In this document: one piece after another, positions 28,493 to 37,892 of the stretch | Layout of the letters: each line of letters begins with the position of its first letter | Position numbering within the stretch: position 1 is the stretch's first letter | Origin: Candidatus Spongiisociaceae bacterium | GTDB taxonomy: Bacteria; Actinomycetota; Acidimicrobiia; Spongiisociales; Spongiisociaceae | Assembly: GCA_965219685.1 (NCBI GenBank) | Contig: CBDCOH010000002.1 | Location: 2,176,001 to 2,240,000 of the forward strand | Direction of reading: 5' to 3' | DNA: 64,000 nt | Notes under the pieces: generated by a model | Databases searched by the model: none | What the model saw: only the letters and a program-made list of their open reading frames with translations | Told to the model about the DNA's origin: nothing | Program-made: the position numbers and the translations under genes

Positions 28493-28930
28493 ATGAAGCG
28501 GTCCGTGGTACTCGATACGCACATCCTCATCGCATACCTGCGGGGCGCTCTTGGCGGAGACGGAAAGCCCAAGACCCTACTCCGTGTCCTGAGATCTGCA
28601 GAAGATGAGAGAAGTTTGCTCGTGTCGGCGGCCACATTCTGGGAAATCGAACTGATCCGCCGAAACCCCAGGAATGACTTGCGAGCACTCCCGCCTACCG
28701 ATTCTCTCGTCTGGACGCTGAGATCGAAGGGTGTCACAACAGTCCCGGTTACTCCCGAACTGGCTGTGCGAGCTGTCCGCCTGCTCGACGAGGGCTTCCA
28801 CAAGGACCCGATGGACCAGTTCATCGCCGCAACCGCGATCGTGGAGGAGAGCATCCTGGCCACACGCGACCGGGCGATCAGAACGTGGGCCGAAGAACGC
28901 GGCATGCCCGAGTTGGCCCCGATGGATTGA
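28493..28930 (+). CDS. vapC: PIN-domain VapC-family toxin
   Basis: VVLDTHIL, VSAATFWEI, HKDPMDQFIAATA, LATRD. Confidence 0.9.
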   Translation: MKRSVVLDTHILIAYLRGALGGDGKPKTLLRVLRSAEDERSLLVSAATFWEIELIRRNPRNDLRALPPTDSLVWTLRSKGVTTVPVTPELAVRAVRLLDEGFHKDPMDQFIAATAIVEESILATRDRAIRTWAEERGMPELAPMD

Positions 28931-28968
28931 CGGGTAGCCCCCCGGCCAGGTCCCATCCTAGGGCGCTA

Positions 28969-29907
28969 TTACCTCTCCTCCCGGGAGTAGGGAATTCCCA
29001 AGGCGGCCGGGGCGCCGATGCGCCTGCGGAGGTCGCCCCGGGCGAGGACGAACAAGGCGGCGATGGTGATCAGGAAAGGCATCATCTTCAGGACCTCGGC
29101 AGGGATCTCATCGAACCCGAGAGCCTGCAAAGTGAAGTTGGTCCGTACGGCCAGACCGAAGATGTAAGCACCGATCAACAGCCGGAACGGTCTCCAAGCT
29201 GCGAACACCACCAACCCGATGGCGATCCATCCCAGACCGGCGACGGTAGCCTCGGCGTTCCATGATGTGACGATCACGGTGATAAGGTTCGCGCCGCCGA
29301 GCCCGGCCAGCGCACCGCCGACTATCGCGTAGACGTAGCGGGTCCTGAGCACGTTGATCCCGACCGTGTCGGCGGTCGCGGGCTCCTCGCCGACCGCCCG
29401 CAACGACAGCCCGAGCCGTGTCCGCGATATGTGGAGGCCGGTCAACGCCACGAGCGCCCAGGAGATGTAGACGAAAATGCTCTGGCGGAACAGGACCGGC
29501 CCCAGCACCGGCACCTGGCTCAAGCCCGGGATCTCGATGGCGGTAACGGCCCTGTTGATCACGGTGAAGCCGTGCGGTTCGCCGATGAAGCGCGCCACTC
29601 CGGAGGCGAAAATGAACAGGGCGAGACCGGACAGTATCTGGTTGGCGCGGAACGAGACTGAGAGCACGGCGTGCAGACCGCCGATCAGCGCTCCCCAGAT
29701 CATGCCGACCACCACGCCCACCACTACGTTGTCGGTCGCCTGAATCGCCGTGAAGGTCCCGATGGCACCGAGCAACATGGTCCCCTCGACCGACAGGTTG
29801 AGAATCCCGGACCGCTCGCTGAGCAACTCCCCCAGTCCAGCCAGGACGATCGGCGTCCCGGCTGTGATGGCGCCGGCGAGGGTGAGGACCAGCACACTCT
29901 CGTTCAT
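28969..29907 (-). CDS. Nucleoside/BMP-type ABC transporter permease
   Basis: LGELLSERSGILNLSVEG, AGLGWIAIGLVVF, PAALGIPY. Confidence 0.93.
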   Translation of the reverse strand: MNESVLVLTLAGAITAGTPIVLAGLGELLSERSGILNLSVEGTMLLGAIGTFTAIQATDNVVVGVVVGMIWGALIGGLHAVLSVSFRANQILSGLALFIFASGVARFIGEPHGFTVINRAVTAIEIPGLSQVPVLGPVLFRQSIFVYISWALVALTGLHISRTRLGLSLRAVGEEPATADTVGINVLRTRYVYAIVGGALAGLGGANLITVIVTSWNAEATVAGLGWIAIGLVVFAAWRPFRLLIGAYIFGLAVRTNFTLQALGFDEIPAEVLKMMPFLITIAALFVLARGDLRRRIGAPAALGIPYSREER

Positions 29908-31085
29908 GTACTCGACTCCTCCCGTGGAACTGTCTCTGCTCCCGGTGTTGCTGCCACGGCGTCCGGGGCATCATCCGGACCGGCGCGGCGCGGTATCCAG
30001 CGCCATCGATAGGACAGAAGGGTTGCACCGCCCACGACGAAGAGGATCAAGGTTCCCTGCACGATTATCGAAACCGAAATCGGGATCGGGTTGGCCATCG
30101 ACTGCAGGGTCAGGGCCGCGTTCTCCACCGCGCCCAGGATCACGGCGGAGACGACAATGCCCAACGGAGTCAGCCTGCCGAGTGCGGCGACCACGATCCC
30201 GGTGTATCCGAGCCCGGCGGCGAAGCCCTCGGGGCTGAAACGCCCACCCCTCCCCAGCAGCTCGATTGCGCCGGCGAGGCCGGCCAGCGAACCGGAGATC
30301 AGCATTACCCGCATCGTGAGAGCACCGATGCTTATCCCGGAATAGTGAGCGGCCTTTGTGGAGCTGTTCATCACGCGCATCGTGAATCCGAGCCGAGTGT
30401 GCCGCAGGATGAAATGCACCGCGACCGCGGCGAGGATGGCGACGAAGAATCCCCAATGCAGCCTGGTCGTCCCGATCCTGGGCAGTTCCAGGAAGGAAGC
30501 CACCTCGCGACCAACCGGATGCCCGATAAGGGTCGTATCACGCCATGGACTGGTCGTGCCATCGACCAGGTAGTAGGAGAATATGACCGCCACGAAGTTG
30601 AGCATCAGGCTGGTGAGTATCTCGTTGACGCCGTACCTGGCCTTGCCGTAGGCCACCAGGGCAACCCAGAACACACCGCCGAACATCCCGGCGATCAGTG
30701 TCATAGGAATCCCGATCTGGGGTGCCATGATGTCGCCTATCCAGACGCCGAACCCGGTAGCGGCAATGGCGCCGAATATGAGTTGACCCTCGGCGCCGAT
30801 GTTCCAGAGCCGGACGCGGAATGCAAAAGCCACGGCGAGGCCGGTGAGGATCAGCGGAGTGGCACTCGTCAGCGTGTCGGCGAAACCGAACCACGATCCG
30901 AAGGCTGTCTTGACGATCTCAACATAGACCTTGAGCGGATCGAACGAGCGGAAGGCGAGAAACGCCGCCACGACCACGAGCGCGAGCGCGATAGACCCTA
31001 TAGGGAGCACAACCTTCAGCCACAGCGGCGCCGCCGGTCGGGGCTCGACGACCACGGGCCAGCGGAAGGCGCGACCGCTGCTCAT
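29904..31085 (-). CDS. Nucleoside/BMP-type ABC transporter permease
   Basis: TPLILTGLA, WNIGAEGQ, NEILTSLMLNF, GYTGIVVA. Confidence 0.93.
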   Translation of the reverse strand: MSSGRAFRWPVVVEPRPAAPLWLKVVLPIGSIALALVVVAAFLAFRSFDPLKVYVEIVKTAFGSWFGFADTLTSATPLILTGLAVAFAFRVRLWNIGAEGQLIFGAIAATGFGVWIGDIMAPQIGIPMTLIAGMFGGVFWVALVAYGKARYGVNEILTSLMLNFVAVIFSYYLVDGTTSPWRDTTLIGHPVGREVASFLELPRIGTTRLHWGFFVAILAAVAVHFILRHTRLGFTMRVMNSSTKAAHYSGISIGALTMRVMLISGSLAGLAGAIELLGRGGRFSPEGFAAGLGYTGIVVAALGRLTPLGIVVSAVILGAVENAALTLQSMANPIPISVSIIVQGTLILFVVGGATLLSYRWRWIPRRAGPDDAPDAVAATPGAETVPREESST

Positions 31086-32575
31086 GCGCTGCTCCCGGTC
31101 ATCGCCAACCCGACCATTTCCCGATCAAGATCTTCGATCGCCGTCTCGTATGCGACCGTACCCTCGTAGAGAACCATCACGGTGTCAGCGAGCGCGAGCA
31201 CCTCGTCCAGGTCCTCGGATATGAGCACGATCGCGCACCCCTCCTCGCGCAGACGACCCATCTCCTCGTGCACGAACTGGGCCGAGGCGACATCCAGGCC
31301 TTGGGTCGGCGAAGACAACACAAGCACCTCCGGGGAACCCGAAAGCTCTCGCGCCAGGATCACCCGCTGGAGGTTCCCGCCCGATAGGGTGCCCGTCTTC
31401 ACATCAGGCCCGGCAACCACGATCCCGTAGTCCTCGATGTGCCGGAGCGCCCGTCGTTGCGCGTGCGAAGCCTTGAACCCGCCCCTCGCCGCGTCGGTCA
31501 ACATCAGGTTCTCGGCAACGGAGAGGTCCGGCGCCAAGCCGGTGTGGAGGCGATCACTCGGAATGTAACCGAGACCCTGGTCGCGGGCGGCCCTCGGACC
31601 GCGCCCGGTTGTTTCCTCTCCCCCGATCTCCACTGAACCCGAGTCGGGCGCGACGAGGCCGGCCAGCACGTCGGCGAGTAGTTCCTGACCGTTGCCTGCC
31701 ACACCTGCGATACCGACGATCTCCCCCGAACGCGCGGCAAGCGTGATCCCATGCAGCCCTTCCCGGTCATTCGTCCTGGACACCTCGAGATCTCTCGCTG
31801 CCAAGACCGGTTCTCCGACCTCGACGGAGCCTTCCAGGCGGGAGAACTCGTGCTCCACCGGACGACCGATCATGGCGGTGGCCAGGGCGGCCGCCGTGGT
31901 CTTCTCCGTAGGGACGACCAGTTCAACACGACCGTCTCGCATCACCGTCACGGTGTCCGACACCGCCATCACCTCCCGCAGCTTGTGGGTGATGATCATG
32001 ACGGCGACCCCATCGGCCGCGAACGACCGGATCGTCTCGAAGAGACGCTCTACCTCCGCCGGTACCAGGACGGCCGTGGGCTCGTCGAGGAGGAGGACAT
32101 CGACGCCCCGGAAGAGGGTCTTCAGCAGATCGACCCGTTGCCGCTCGCCCGCCGACAACTCTCCGGCATAGGCTCCCACGCGTACCGAAAGACCGTAGCG
32201 CTCCATGAGCGAGCGGACCCTGGCGCGGATCTTGCTGTAGTCCAGGTAATAGGAGAGATCGGGGTCACCGAGGACGATGTTCTCCTCGACGGTCAGCCGG
32301 TCCACCAGCCGAGCATGCTGGTGAACCATGCCGACGCCTCTCGCCAGCGCATCAGGCGGGTTCCGGAACTCGACGACCTCTCCGTCGAGCTTCAGGGTTC
32401 CTGCATCGGGTCTGTAGAGACCGGAGAGCATGTTGGCCAGCGTCGTCTTCCCCGCGCCGTTCTGGCCGAGCACGGCATGTACTGAATGCCGCGCCAGGAA
32501 CAGGTCCACGGAGTCATTGGCGACAACCGATCCGAAGCTCTTGCTCAGCCCGTGAGCCTCAAACATGCCGTTCAC
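31082..32575 (-). CDS. ABC transporter ATP-binding protein (double NBD, CUT2 type)
   Basis: GQNGAGKTT, LLLDEPT, AGVAGNGQ, LSGGNLQR. Confidence 0.95.
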   Translation of the reverse strand: MNGMFEAHGLSKSFGSVVANDSVDLFLARHSVHAVLGQNGAGKTTLANMLSGLYRPDAGTLKLDGEVVEFRNPPDALARGVGMVHQHARLVDRLTVEENIVLGDPDLSYYLDYSKIRARVRSLMERYGLSVRVGAYAGELSAGERQRVDLLKTLFRGVDVLLLDEPTAVLVPAEVERLFETIRSFAADGVAVMIITHKLREVMAVSDTVTVMRDGRVELVVPTEKTTAAALATAMIGRPVEHEFSRLEGSVEVGEPVLAARDLEVSRTNDREGLHGITLAARSGEIVGIAGVAGNGQELLADVLAGLVAPDSGSVEIGGEETTGRGPRAARDQGLGYIPSDRLHTGLAPDLSVAENLMLTDAARGGFKASHAQRRALRHIEDYGIVVAGPDVKTGTLSGGNLQRVILARELSGSPEVLVLSSPTQGLDVASAQFVHEEMGRLREEGCAIVLISEDLDEVLALADTVMVLYEGTVAYETAIEDLDREMVGLAMTGSSA

Positions 32576-32700
32576 CGATCCGGACCGACCCTACGGACCC
32601 GAGCAAGATCGGACGGTTCTCAGCCATAGCTAACAATCTACATCCGCCTAGCCGAAGTGGCGGGGTTTCAACCCACAAGCGTGTGACGCCTGGGTGGGAG

Positions 32701-32730
32701 AGAGGTCCCCGCCCATGAACGGGGACCTCT
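32701..32730 (-). terminator. Intercistronic hairpin after the binding-protein gene
   Basis: AGAGGTCCCCG-N8-CGGGGACCTCT, a perfect 11-bp stem; weak U-tract, so it may act as an mRNA stabiliser. Confidence 0.55.
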
Positions 32731-32794
32731 ACCGACCTCCGCCGGCGGGATCACCGATCGTGCTGATCGGGCGGACCACCACCAGCCTGTCTCG

Positions 32795-33946
32795 TTACGA
32801 TGGGAAGCCCCCGATTACCCCTTCGAGAAGGAAGTCCATACCCAGGAGGAAGCCGAGATCGGCGACCTCGCCATCCGCGAGCACCTGGTTACCGTCCTGG
32901 TCATAGAGGGGACCGGTGAACACGTTCAGTTCCCCGCTGGTCATACCTTCTACTGCCGCATCGAGCAGCGCGACCGTCTCGTCAGACAGGAAGTCTGCGT
33001 ACGGGCCCGGGGATAGGAGCCCAGCCCCCAGAGTCAGATAGGTGTTGCCGGCTTCGTAGGTTCCGTCGATCATCTGTTGAGCCACTTCGGCGAAGTAGCC
33101 TCCAAGTTCCAGGAGGGCGCCGGTGAGATAGGCCTCGGGAGCGAACCTCTGTCCGTTGTCATAGATCTCGATCCAGTAGCCACCCCGAGACTGCGCCACC
33201 TCTCCCGCGGTGGTCAACTCGGTTACCTGGGCCACGGCTCTGACGCCCGTGTCGAACAGCGATTCCGCGGCTTGGCCTTCAATGAGCGGGTCGAACCACG
33301 TTCCGGTCCAGACGACCTGGACGGTCGCGTCCGGGTTGATAGACCTGGCCCCCAGCAGCAACCCGTTGATGTCGCGCAGGACCTCGGGGATCGGATACGA
33401 GGCTAGGATGCCGATCTCGTCGGCCTCCACCAGGCTCGCGGCCGCTAAGCCGCCCAGATACATGCCCTGCTCGAAACCACCGTCGTACGATCCGACGTTC
33501 TCGGACAGCAGGAAGAAACCCGGGCCGAGGAACTGGGCTTCAGGATACTTCTCCGCCACTGCGACCACTTGGTCCTGGTAATCGAAAGAAGTCGTGACGA
33601 GCAATGTGAACCCTTGCCTGATGAGATCTTCGAACACCCGTTCTGCTTCGGCTGTCGCGGGTACGGACTCGAGGAAGATCGTCTCCACCGCGTCGCCCAT
33701 GATGTCTTCCAGTTCACGCCGTCCCATGTCGTGCCGGAAGTTCCAGCCATGCTCGCCCACAGGCCCCTGATGCACGAAAGCAACCTTCAATGGCTCCGCA
33801 GCCGGTGCCTCTGTCGTGGCAGGCGCCGCCGCCGTCGTCGTTACCTGGGCAGCTGTGGTGGTCGGCTCGGCTTCCTCACCGCCGCAGGCAACGGCAACCA
33901 AGAGCAGCGCAACCAGGCCGGCAACCAGTCTCATCGATGTCCTCAT
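32795..33946 (-). CDS. BMP-family ABC substrate-binding lipoprotein
   Basis: LVAVAC lipobox, TTTAA linker, GWNFRHDMGR, YPIPEVLRDIN, WTGTWFDP, FTGPLYDQDG. Confidence 0.93.
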   Translation of the reverse strand: MRTSMRLVAGLVALLLVAVACGGEEAEPTTTAAQVTTTAAAPATTEAPAAEPLKVAFVHQGPVGEHGWNFRHDMGRRELEDIMGDAVETIFLESVPATAEAERVFEDLIRQGFTLLVTTSFDYQDQVVAVAEKYPEAQFLGPGFFLLSENVGSYDGGFEQGMYLGGLAAASLVEADEIGILASYPIPEVLRDINGLLLGARSINPDATVQVVWTGTWFDPLIEGQAAESLFDTGVRAVAQVTELTTAGEVAQSRGGYWIEIYDNGQRFAPEAYLTGALLELGGYFAEVAQQMIDGTYEAGNTYLTLGAGLLSPGPYADFLSDETVALLDAAVEGMTSGELNVFTGPLYDQDGNQVLADGEVADLGFLLGMDFLLEGVIGGFPS

Positions 33947-34124
33947 ACAAACCTCCGCAAGCCGGGGGAAGGCTGATGTCCTTGTCCCACCAGCCCATCC
34001 GCGGATGCTAGACCGTCCGTTCGTGACCCGGTGACCCTTCTCGCGACGTGGAATCGATCAGCCGGACCTGCAACAACGGGGTGACCCTCGCATTGTCGTG
34101 GCTCTCGGTGATCGCTCGCGCGGG

Positions 34125-34442
34125 TCAAGAACCCCGTGGTTCGAAACTTCGTTTCACGGCTTCTGAAGCCAGTTCGCTCGCCAAGCCAGTCAGCCATTCT
34201 CTGTAGCCATCCTTGTCGAGCATCATCCGGGCCTTGTTCCGGTCGATGGAATCTCGCTTGGCCCTCAGGAAGTCGTCCGTCTCCAAGCCTGGGATTTCCT
34301 CCGCAGCTTCGATCAGGCGGCTGGCGCCTTCGATGAGGCGGAACGAGCCGTAGATGGCCTTCTCATCAAGGCTGAGACGGGCGGAGGTGACCAGGTAAAG
34401 GATGAACTCGAAGAGCGGATCGTCGTGCTTGGCCTCGCTCAC
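34125..34442 (-). CDS. DUF6092 family protein, AlbB-like (cyclodipeptide oxidase beta-subunit-like)
   Basis: GTGA overlap with the upstream gene; 105 aa; YLVTSARLSLDEKAIYGSFRLIEGASRL resembles the AlbB/DUF6092 core (recalled as YLLSSGRGLLEEPADYGIYR). Confidence 0.78.
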   Translation of the reverse strand: MSEAKHDDPLFEFILYLVTSARLSLDEKAIYGSFRLIEGASRLIEAAEEIPGLETDDFLRAKRDSIDRNKARMMLDKDGYREWLTGLASELASEAVKRSFEPRGS

Positions 34443-35011
34443 GGGACGTCGCTCCAATCCTGCCCGTAGCGATCGTGGTGGACGGTGGGGTGGAAACCCT
34501 TGACCGGCTTGGGATGATCGGCCACGGGAATCCCGACCGCCATGAGAACCTCCGGCCTGATGTGGTCCGGAAGGCCGAAGATCGCCTGGACCACCTCCTC
34601 GGTCCAACTGGTCACCTTGCAGACGCCGATCCCGAGCGCGGGAGCGGCGATGGTCACGAAGGCGGCCGCGGCGCCTGCGTCGAGCCGGGTCACGACCTCG
34701 ACTCCGCGCGGTCCCATGACATCGTGGGCCTTCTCGAGATCGCTGCAGATGACGATGATGGCGGGAGCGTTGTTCACGAAGCCCGGGCAGGCCTGTCTCA
34801 CGGTCCACACCAGCCGCGGATCGGTCACGACGATGAGATGGCGGATTCCCGGCCTGGCAACCTGAGCCCTACCGGCCGCGTATACGAGTTTATCGAGCGT
34901 GTCCTGATCCGGAGGATCGGGAAGAAAGACCCGATGCATGCGGCGTCGCCGCATCGCCTCGAACACGGCTTGCGCCAGTATCTTTGCGGAATGGGATCTG
35001 CCCTCGGCCAC
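34439..35011 (-). CDS. Nitroreductase-family flavoprotein, AlbA-like (cyclodipeptide oxidase alpha-subunit-like)
   Basis: RRRMHRVF, APAIIVIC, LDAGAAA, ALGIGVC, FGLPDHIRPEVLMAVG. Confidence 0.85.
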   Translation of the reverse strand: MAEGRSHSAKILAQAVFEAMRRRRMHRVFLPDPPDQDTLDKLVYAAGRAQVARPGIRHLIVVTDPRLVWTVRQACPGFVNNAPAIIVICSDLEKAHDVMGPRGVEVVTRLDAGAAAAFVTIAAPALGIGVCKVTSWTEEVVQAIFGLPDHIRPEVLMAVGIPVADHPKPVKGFHPTVHHDRYGQDWSDVP

Positions 35012-35187
35012 CGTGCGACTGTACTACAGCGGCGTTCGGCCGGTATCCGACCCCCAACCGCCGGAAACGACCTCGACGCAGGCGGCTCGTCCGGCACCCG
35101 GGTCGCACCCCGGGTTCACTTGGGGCAGCCGGACCGACTCCTACCGCCTGATCGTCCCCATCGGTGCGTCAGCCGGCGTGTCGGCCT

Positions 35188-36450
35188 CTACCACCAGCGC
35201 GTGCGAGCAGTACTCCAGGTCTCGAATCCATCTGAGGTAACCAGGCCATTGTCCTCATGAAAGACACCACCGACCCCCTCAGCACCGAGAAAACCCTCGA
35301 GTGCCAGGTACATCCCTGGCTCCAGCACGACGTCCTCGTTCGGCCTCAGCCACGGGCTCTCCCATGTCAGCCCGAGACCGTGTCCGAGGACCGGAGACTC
35401 TTCCTCGCTCAGCGCGAGCGGAGTGCCAGCGGCCGCTTCGGAGAGCCACTGAATCCCCTGCCGGTGGACCTCTCCGGCTGTCATACCTGGCTTCGTCATA
35501 TCCGCAAGATGTTCGACAAGACCAACGCTCGCCTCCAGGACAATCAGCTGCTCGTCTCGTGGATCGCCACCCACGACCGTCGTCCTTCCGAAGTCCCACA
35601 GGTAGCCCCCATAAGCTCCGTAGCAGTCGGCGTGGAACCAATCGCCCGACTCCAGCGGTCGATAGGCGTCGTACGTCGGGAGCCGTGACCATAGGAAATG
35701 ATGTGCCAGGCGGCCGGATGTCGTGGGCATGTCGTACATGACGGCCCCCGACCCCACGATCACGTCCGCGGCGGCGCGTACCGCGTCAACTTCCCGGTTT
35801 CCCTCTTGGACCGCAGCCATCATCGCGTCCACGGCGCGGCTGCCGATATGCGCTCCCCGACGGAGGATCTCCAGTTCGGCGGGACTCTTGACCCGCCGAA
35901 GTTCCTCGATGAGCATGTCCGCCACGACAAGGGTGGTCTTGCCGGCGACGTGCCGCTGCAACCCGAGGTACGCCGCCGCGGACATGAAGCTCGTGCCGAC
36001 CAGGCCGACCCTGTTGTCCACCAGCCCGCTGTCGCGTAACGCCTTCCCGACCTCGGAATTGATGTCGCTCGCCGCGCGCACGTCATCAGCGACCACAAGG
36101 TCGGGTCTCCACCACGGTCCGTCGACGATGAGAATCGCCGGCCCATCGACCGGAAGCACCGTGACAGCATGGGAACGAGCCGTTCCGAGTTCCTGGTGGT
36201 CGCCGAAGTAGGGATGCGGGGAGTAGTGGTTGGTCAGGTAGAAGACCTCGGGGTGCATGTCCACCGCACTGCCGCCCCTCGAGTAGACAACGAGCGCGTC
36301 GAGCGAGGCCGCTGCCGCCTTGGCACGAGCGGAGTCCTGGCGCTGGAGAAACTCCTCCCTCGGGACAAGGATCTCCGGTCTCTCGAACGCGACCGAGTCT
36401 GTGTCAGACGTGAACCCGAGACCGATGTCACCAACGGTCATTGCCCTCAC
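35188..36450 (-). CDS. M24 Xaa-Pro peptidase / creatinase-fold hydrolase
   Basis: RRVKSPAEL, ADC..GYLWDFGRT, GHGLGL, LEPGMYLALE, HEDN; the D,D,H,E,E metal ligands are present. Confidence 0.88.
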   Translation of the reverse strand: MRAMTVGDIGLGFTSDTDSVAFERPEILVPREEFLQRQDSARAKAAAASLDALVVYSRGGSAVDMHPEVFYLTNHYSPHPYFGDHQELGTARSHAVTVLPVDGPAILIVDGPWWRPDLVVADDVRAASDINSEVGKALRDSGLVDNRVGLVGTSFMSAAAYLGLQRHVAGKTTLVVADMLIEELRRVKSPAELEILRRGAHIGSRAVDAMMAAVQEGNREVDAVRAAADVIVGSGAVMYDMPTTSGRLAHHFLWSRLPTYDAYRPLESGDWFHADCYGAYGGYLWDFGRTTVVGGDPRDEQLIVLEASVGLVEHLADMTKPGMTAGEVHRQGIQWLSEAAAGTPLALSEEESPVLGHGLGLTWESPWLRPNEDVVLEPGMYLALEGFLGAEGVGGVFHEDNGLVTSDGFETWSTARTRWW

Positions 36451-36494
36451 CCGAGGGAGACCAGAGAACCCTTGCGATACAAGATCCTCGCTCT

Positions 36495-36544
36495 GTGCCG
36501 GGGGTAGGGTTTGAATCTACGACGCTCGGGAAAAGAGCCCGACG
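36495..36544 (-). repeat. Degenerate copy of the 3' two-thirds of the neighbouring tRNA-Met (att-like relic)
   Basis: 41/50 nt identical to 36952-37001 by hand alignment, same orientation. Confidence 0.8.
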
Positions 36545-36794
36545 GGGCCTCCGAGTCACGATGCCGGGGCTGTTGTTCACGAAACGGCGGCTCCCACCGC
36601 TTCGAACATGCCCCGGGCTCATGGTGCTGTCGATCTGGCCCTCTGCCACCGGGCGACTCTACTACAGCACTTCCGAGGGCCGGGTCGGTAGCAGGAACAG
36701 CAGACCCTCTGGATCGGCGACCGGAGAACACGGAGATGGAGAAAGATGCCACCGGTCGCCGTATCCATGCCATAGCCTTGTTCAGGCCACACTA

Positions 36795-36815
36795 AAATGA
36801 TAACAGTTCTCATTT
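36795..36815. promoter_or_regulatory. Fur/Zur-like box
   Basis: AAATGATAACAGTTCTCATTT, a 10-1-10 inverted repeat with one mismatch, AT-rich within GC-rich DNA. Confidence 0.6.
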
Positions 36816-36916
36816 AACTGTGCCAGATGTGTGCCGCTGAGTTCGGCCAGCACACTGCTTGCGGCCGGATGGCTCGGAACTACTCACTTAGATGACGGCC
36901 GAGAGGTCGAAACGAG

Positions 36917-36945
36917 CAAGACCCAGGCGCTGCGCCCGGGTCTTG
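36917..36945 (-). terminator. Hairpin downstream of the tRNA
   Basis: The minus strand reads CAAGACCCGGGCG-CAG-CGCCTGGGTCTTG (one G.U pair), starting 6 nt after the tRNA. Confidence 0.65.
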
Positions 36946-36950
36946 TGTTA

Positions 36951-37027
<77 letters not shown>

Positions 37028-37092
37028 TCGTTCGGACCACTTAGTTTAAACCACCAGAGCTTCCTAAGCCAATGCGTACGGCGGGAAGTCCC

Positions 37093-37767
37093 TCAGCCGA
37101 TCAGCGGTAGTCGCGGGTCCGGATGGTCGGAACGGCCTGACGCTGCCCGTATCCAGGCCCAGTCGTCCTCCTGCAGGTCGCTGGGACGGCCCGGCACCGT
37201 TCGCTGAGCCAGGACACCATCCAGGATGCCCGCGGTCACTGCGATCCCTTCGCGTGTTGCGATGGGCTCGATCCCCAGTGCGTCAGTCAGATCGATGCCG
37301 TGTGCTACCGCCTCCACCATGCGGCTCGCCACGAACTCGTCGAGTTGCATCAGCGCGTAGTAGCCCGATCCGATCGTCTCCGGCGGCGTTGCACGAGCCT
37401 CTTCGATCGTCTTGGAAAAGGTCTCGTCGAGAACTCCAACGATGTCCTGCGGGGTCTTCCCCTCGATCATCACGTACGCGTAGTCATACACGACGGGCGC
37501 CACCTCGGAACGCGGGAAGATGAAGAAGCTGATCCGGTCACGACCGACCTGGCCCTCTTGGGGATCCGCTAAGAGCATCCGCGTCAGCCCGATCGAAATG
37601 TCGAAGTGGCCGGCGAGTTCGAACACCGTCCACGGCGTGGCGTCCTCATCGAAGGGAACCAGGTGCGTCGGCATCTGCCACTGTTCATCGGTCAGATCCC
37701 GTAACACGTCCAAAATCCCGTTGAGTTCGCCATCGAGAATGTCCACCATCTCCATATGTGAAACCAT
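37093..37767 (-). CDS. MDMPI_N / DinB-superfamily (mycothiol-dependent) protein
   Basis: LTDEQWQMPT, WTVFELAGH, EAVAHGIDL metal-binding pattern. Confidence 0.8.
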   Translation of the reverse strand: MVSHMEMVDILDGELNGILDVLRDLTDEQWQMPTHLVPFDEDATPWTVFELAGHFDISIGLTRMLLADPQEGQVGRDRISFFIFPRSEVAPVVYDYAYVMIEGKTPQDIVGVLDETFSKTIEEARATPPETIGSGYYALMQLDEFVASRMVEAVAHGIDLTDALGIEPIATREGIAVTAGILDGVLAQRTVPGRPSDLQEDDWAWIRAASGRSDHPDPRLPLIG

Positions 37768-37892
37768 TTGACTCTCCTTACCCGATGGGCCTCCGTTGCC
37801 CTCCTATCAATCTACCGCTTCCGCTACTTCTGGAGCAGGCTAGATCCGGTATCTCACCGGTGGCAGCCTCCCGGGGAATGCTCCGTAGGCAC

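Noticed and set aside
36495-36575. Second functional tRNA with a CTT anticodon
   Set aside because: No D-arm or complementary 5' acceptor strand, and the T-stem has mismatches; treated as a relic.
36447-36773. 108-aa ORF downstream of the Fur/Zur-like box
   Set aside because: No recognisable motif, low-complexity Arg/Pro/Ser composition, and it runs through the tRNA relic; not called as a gene.
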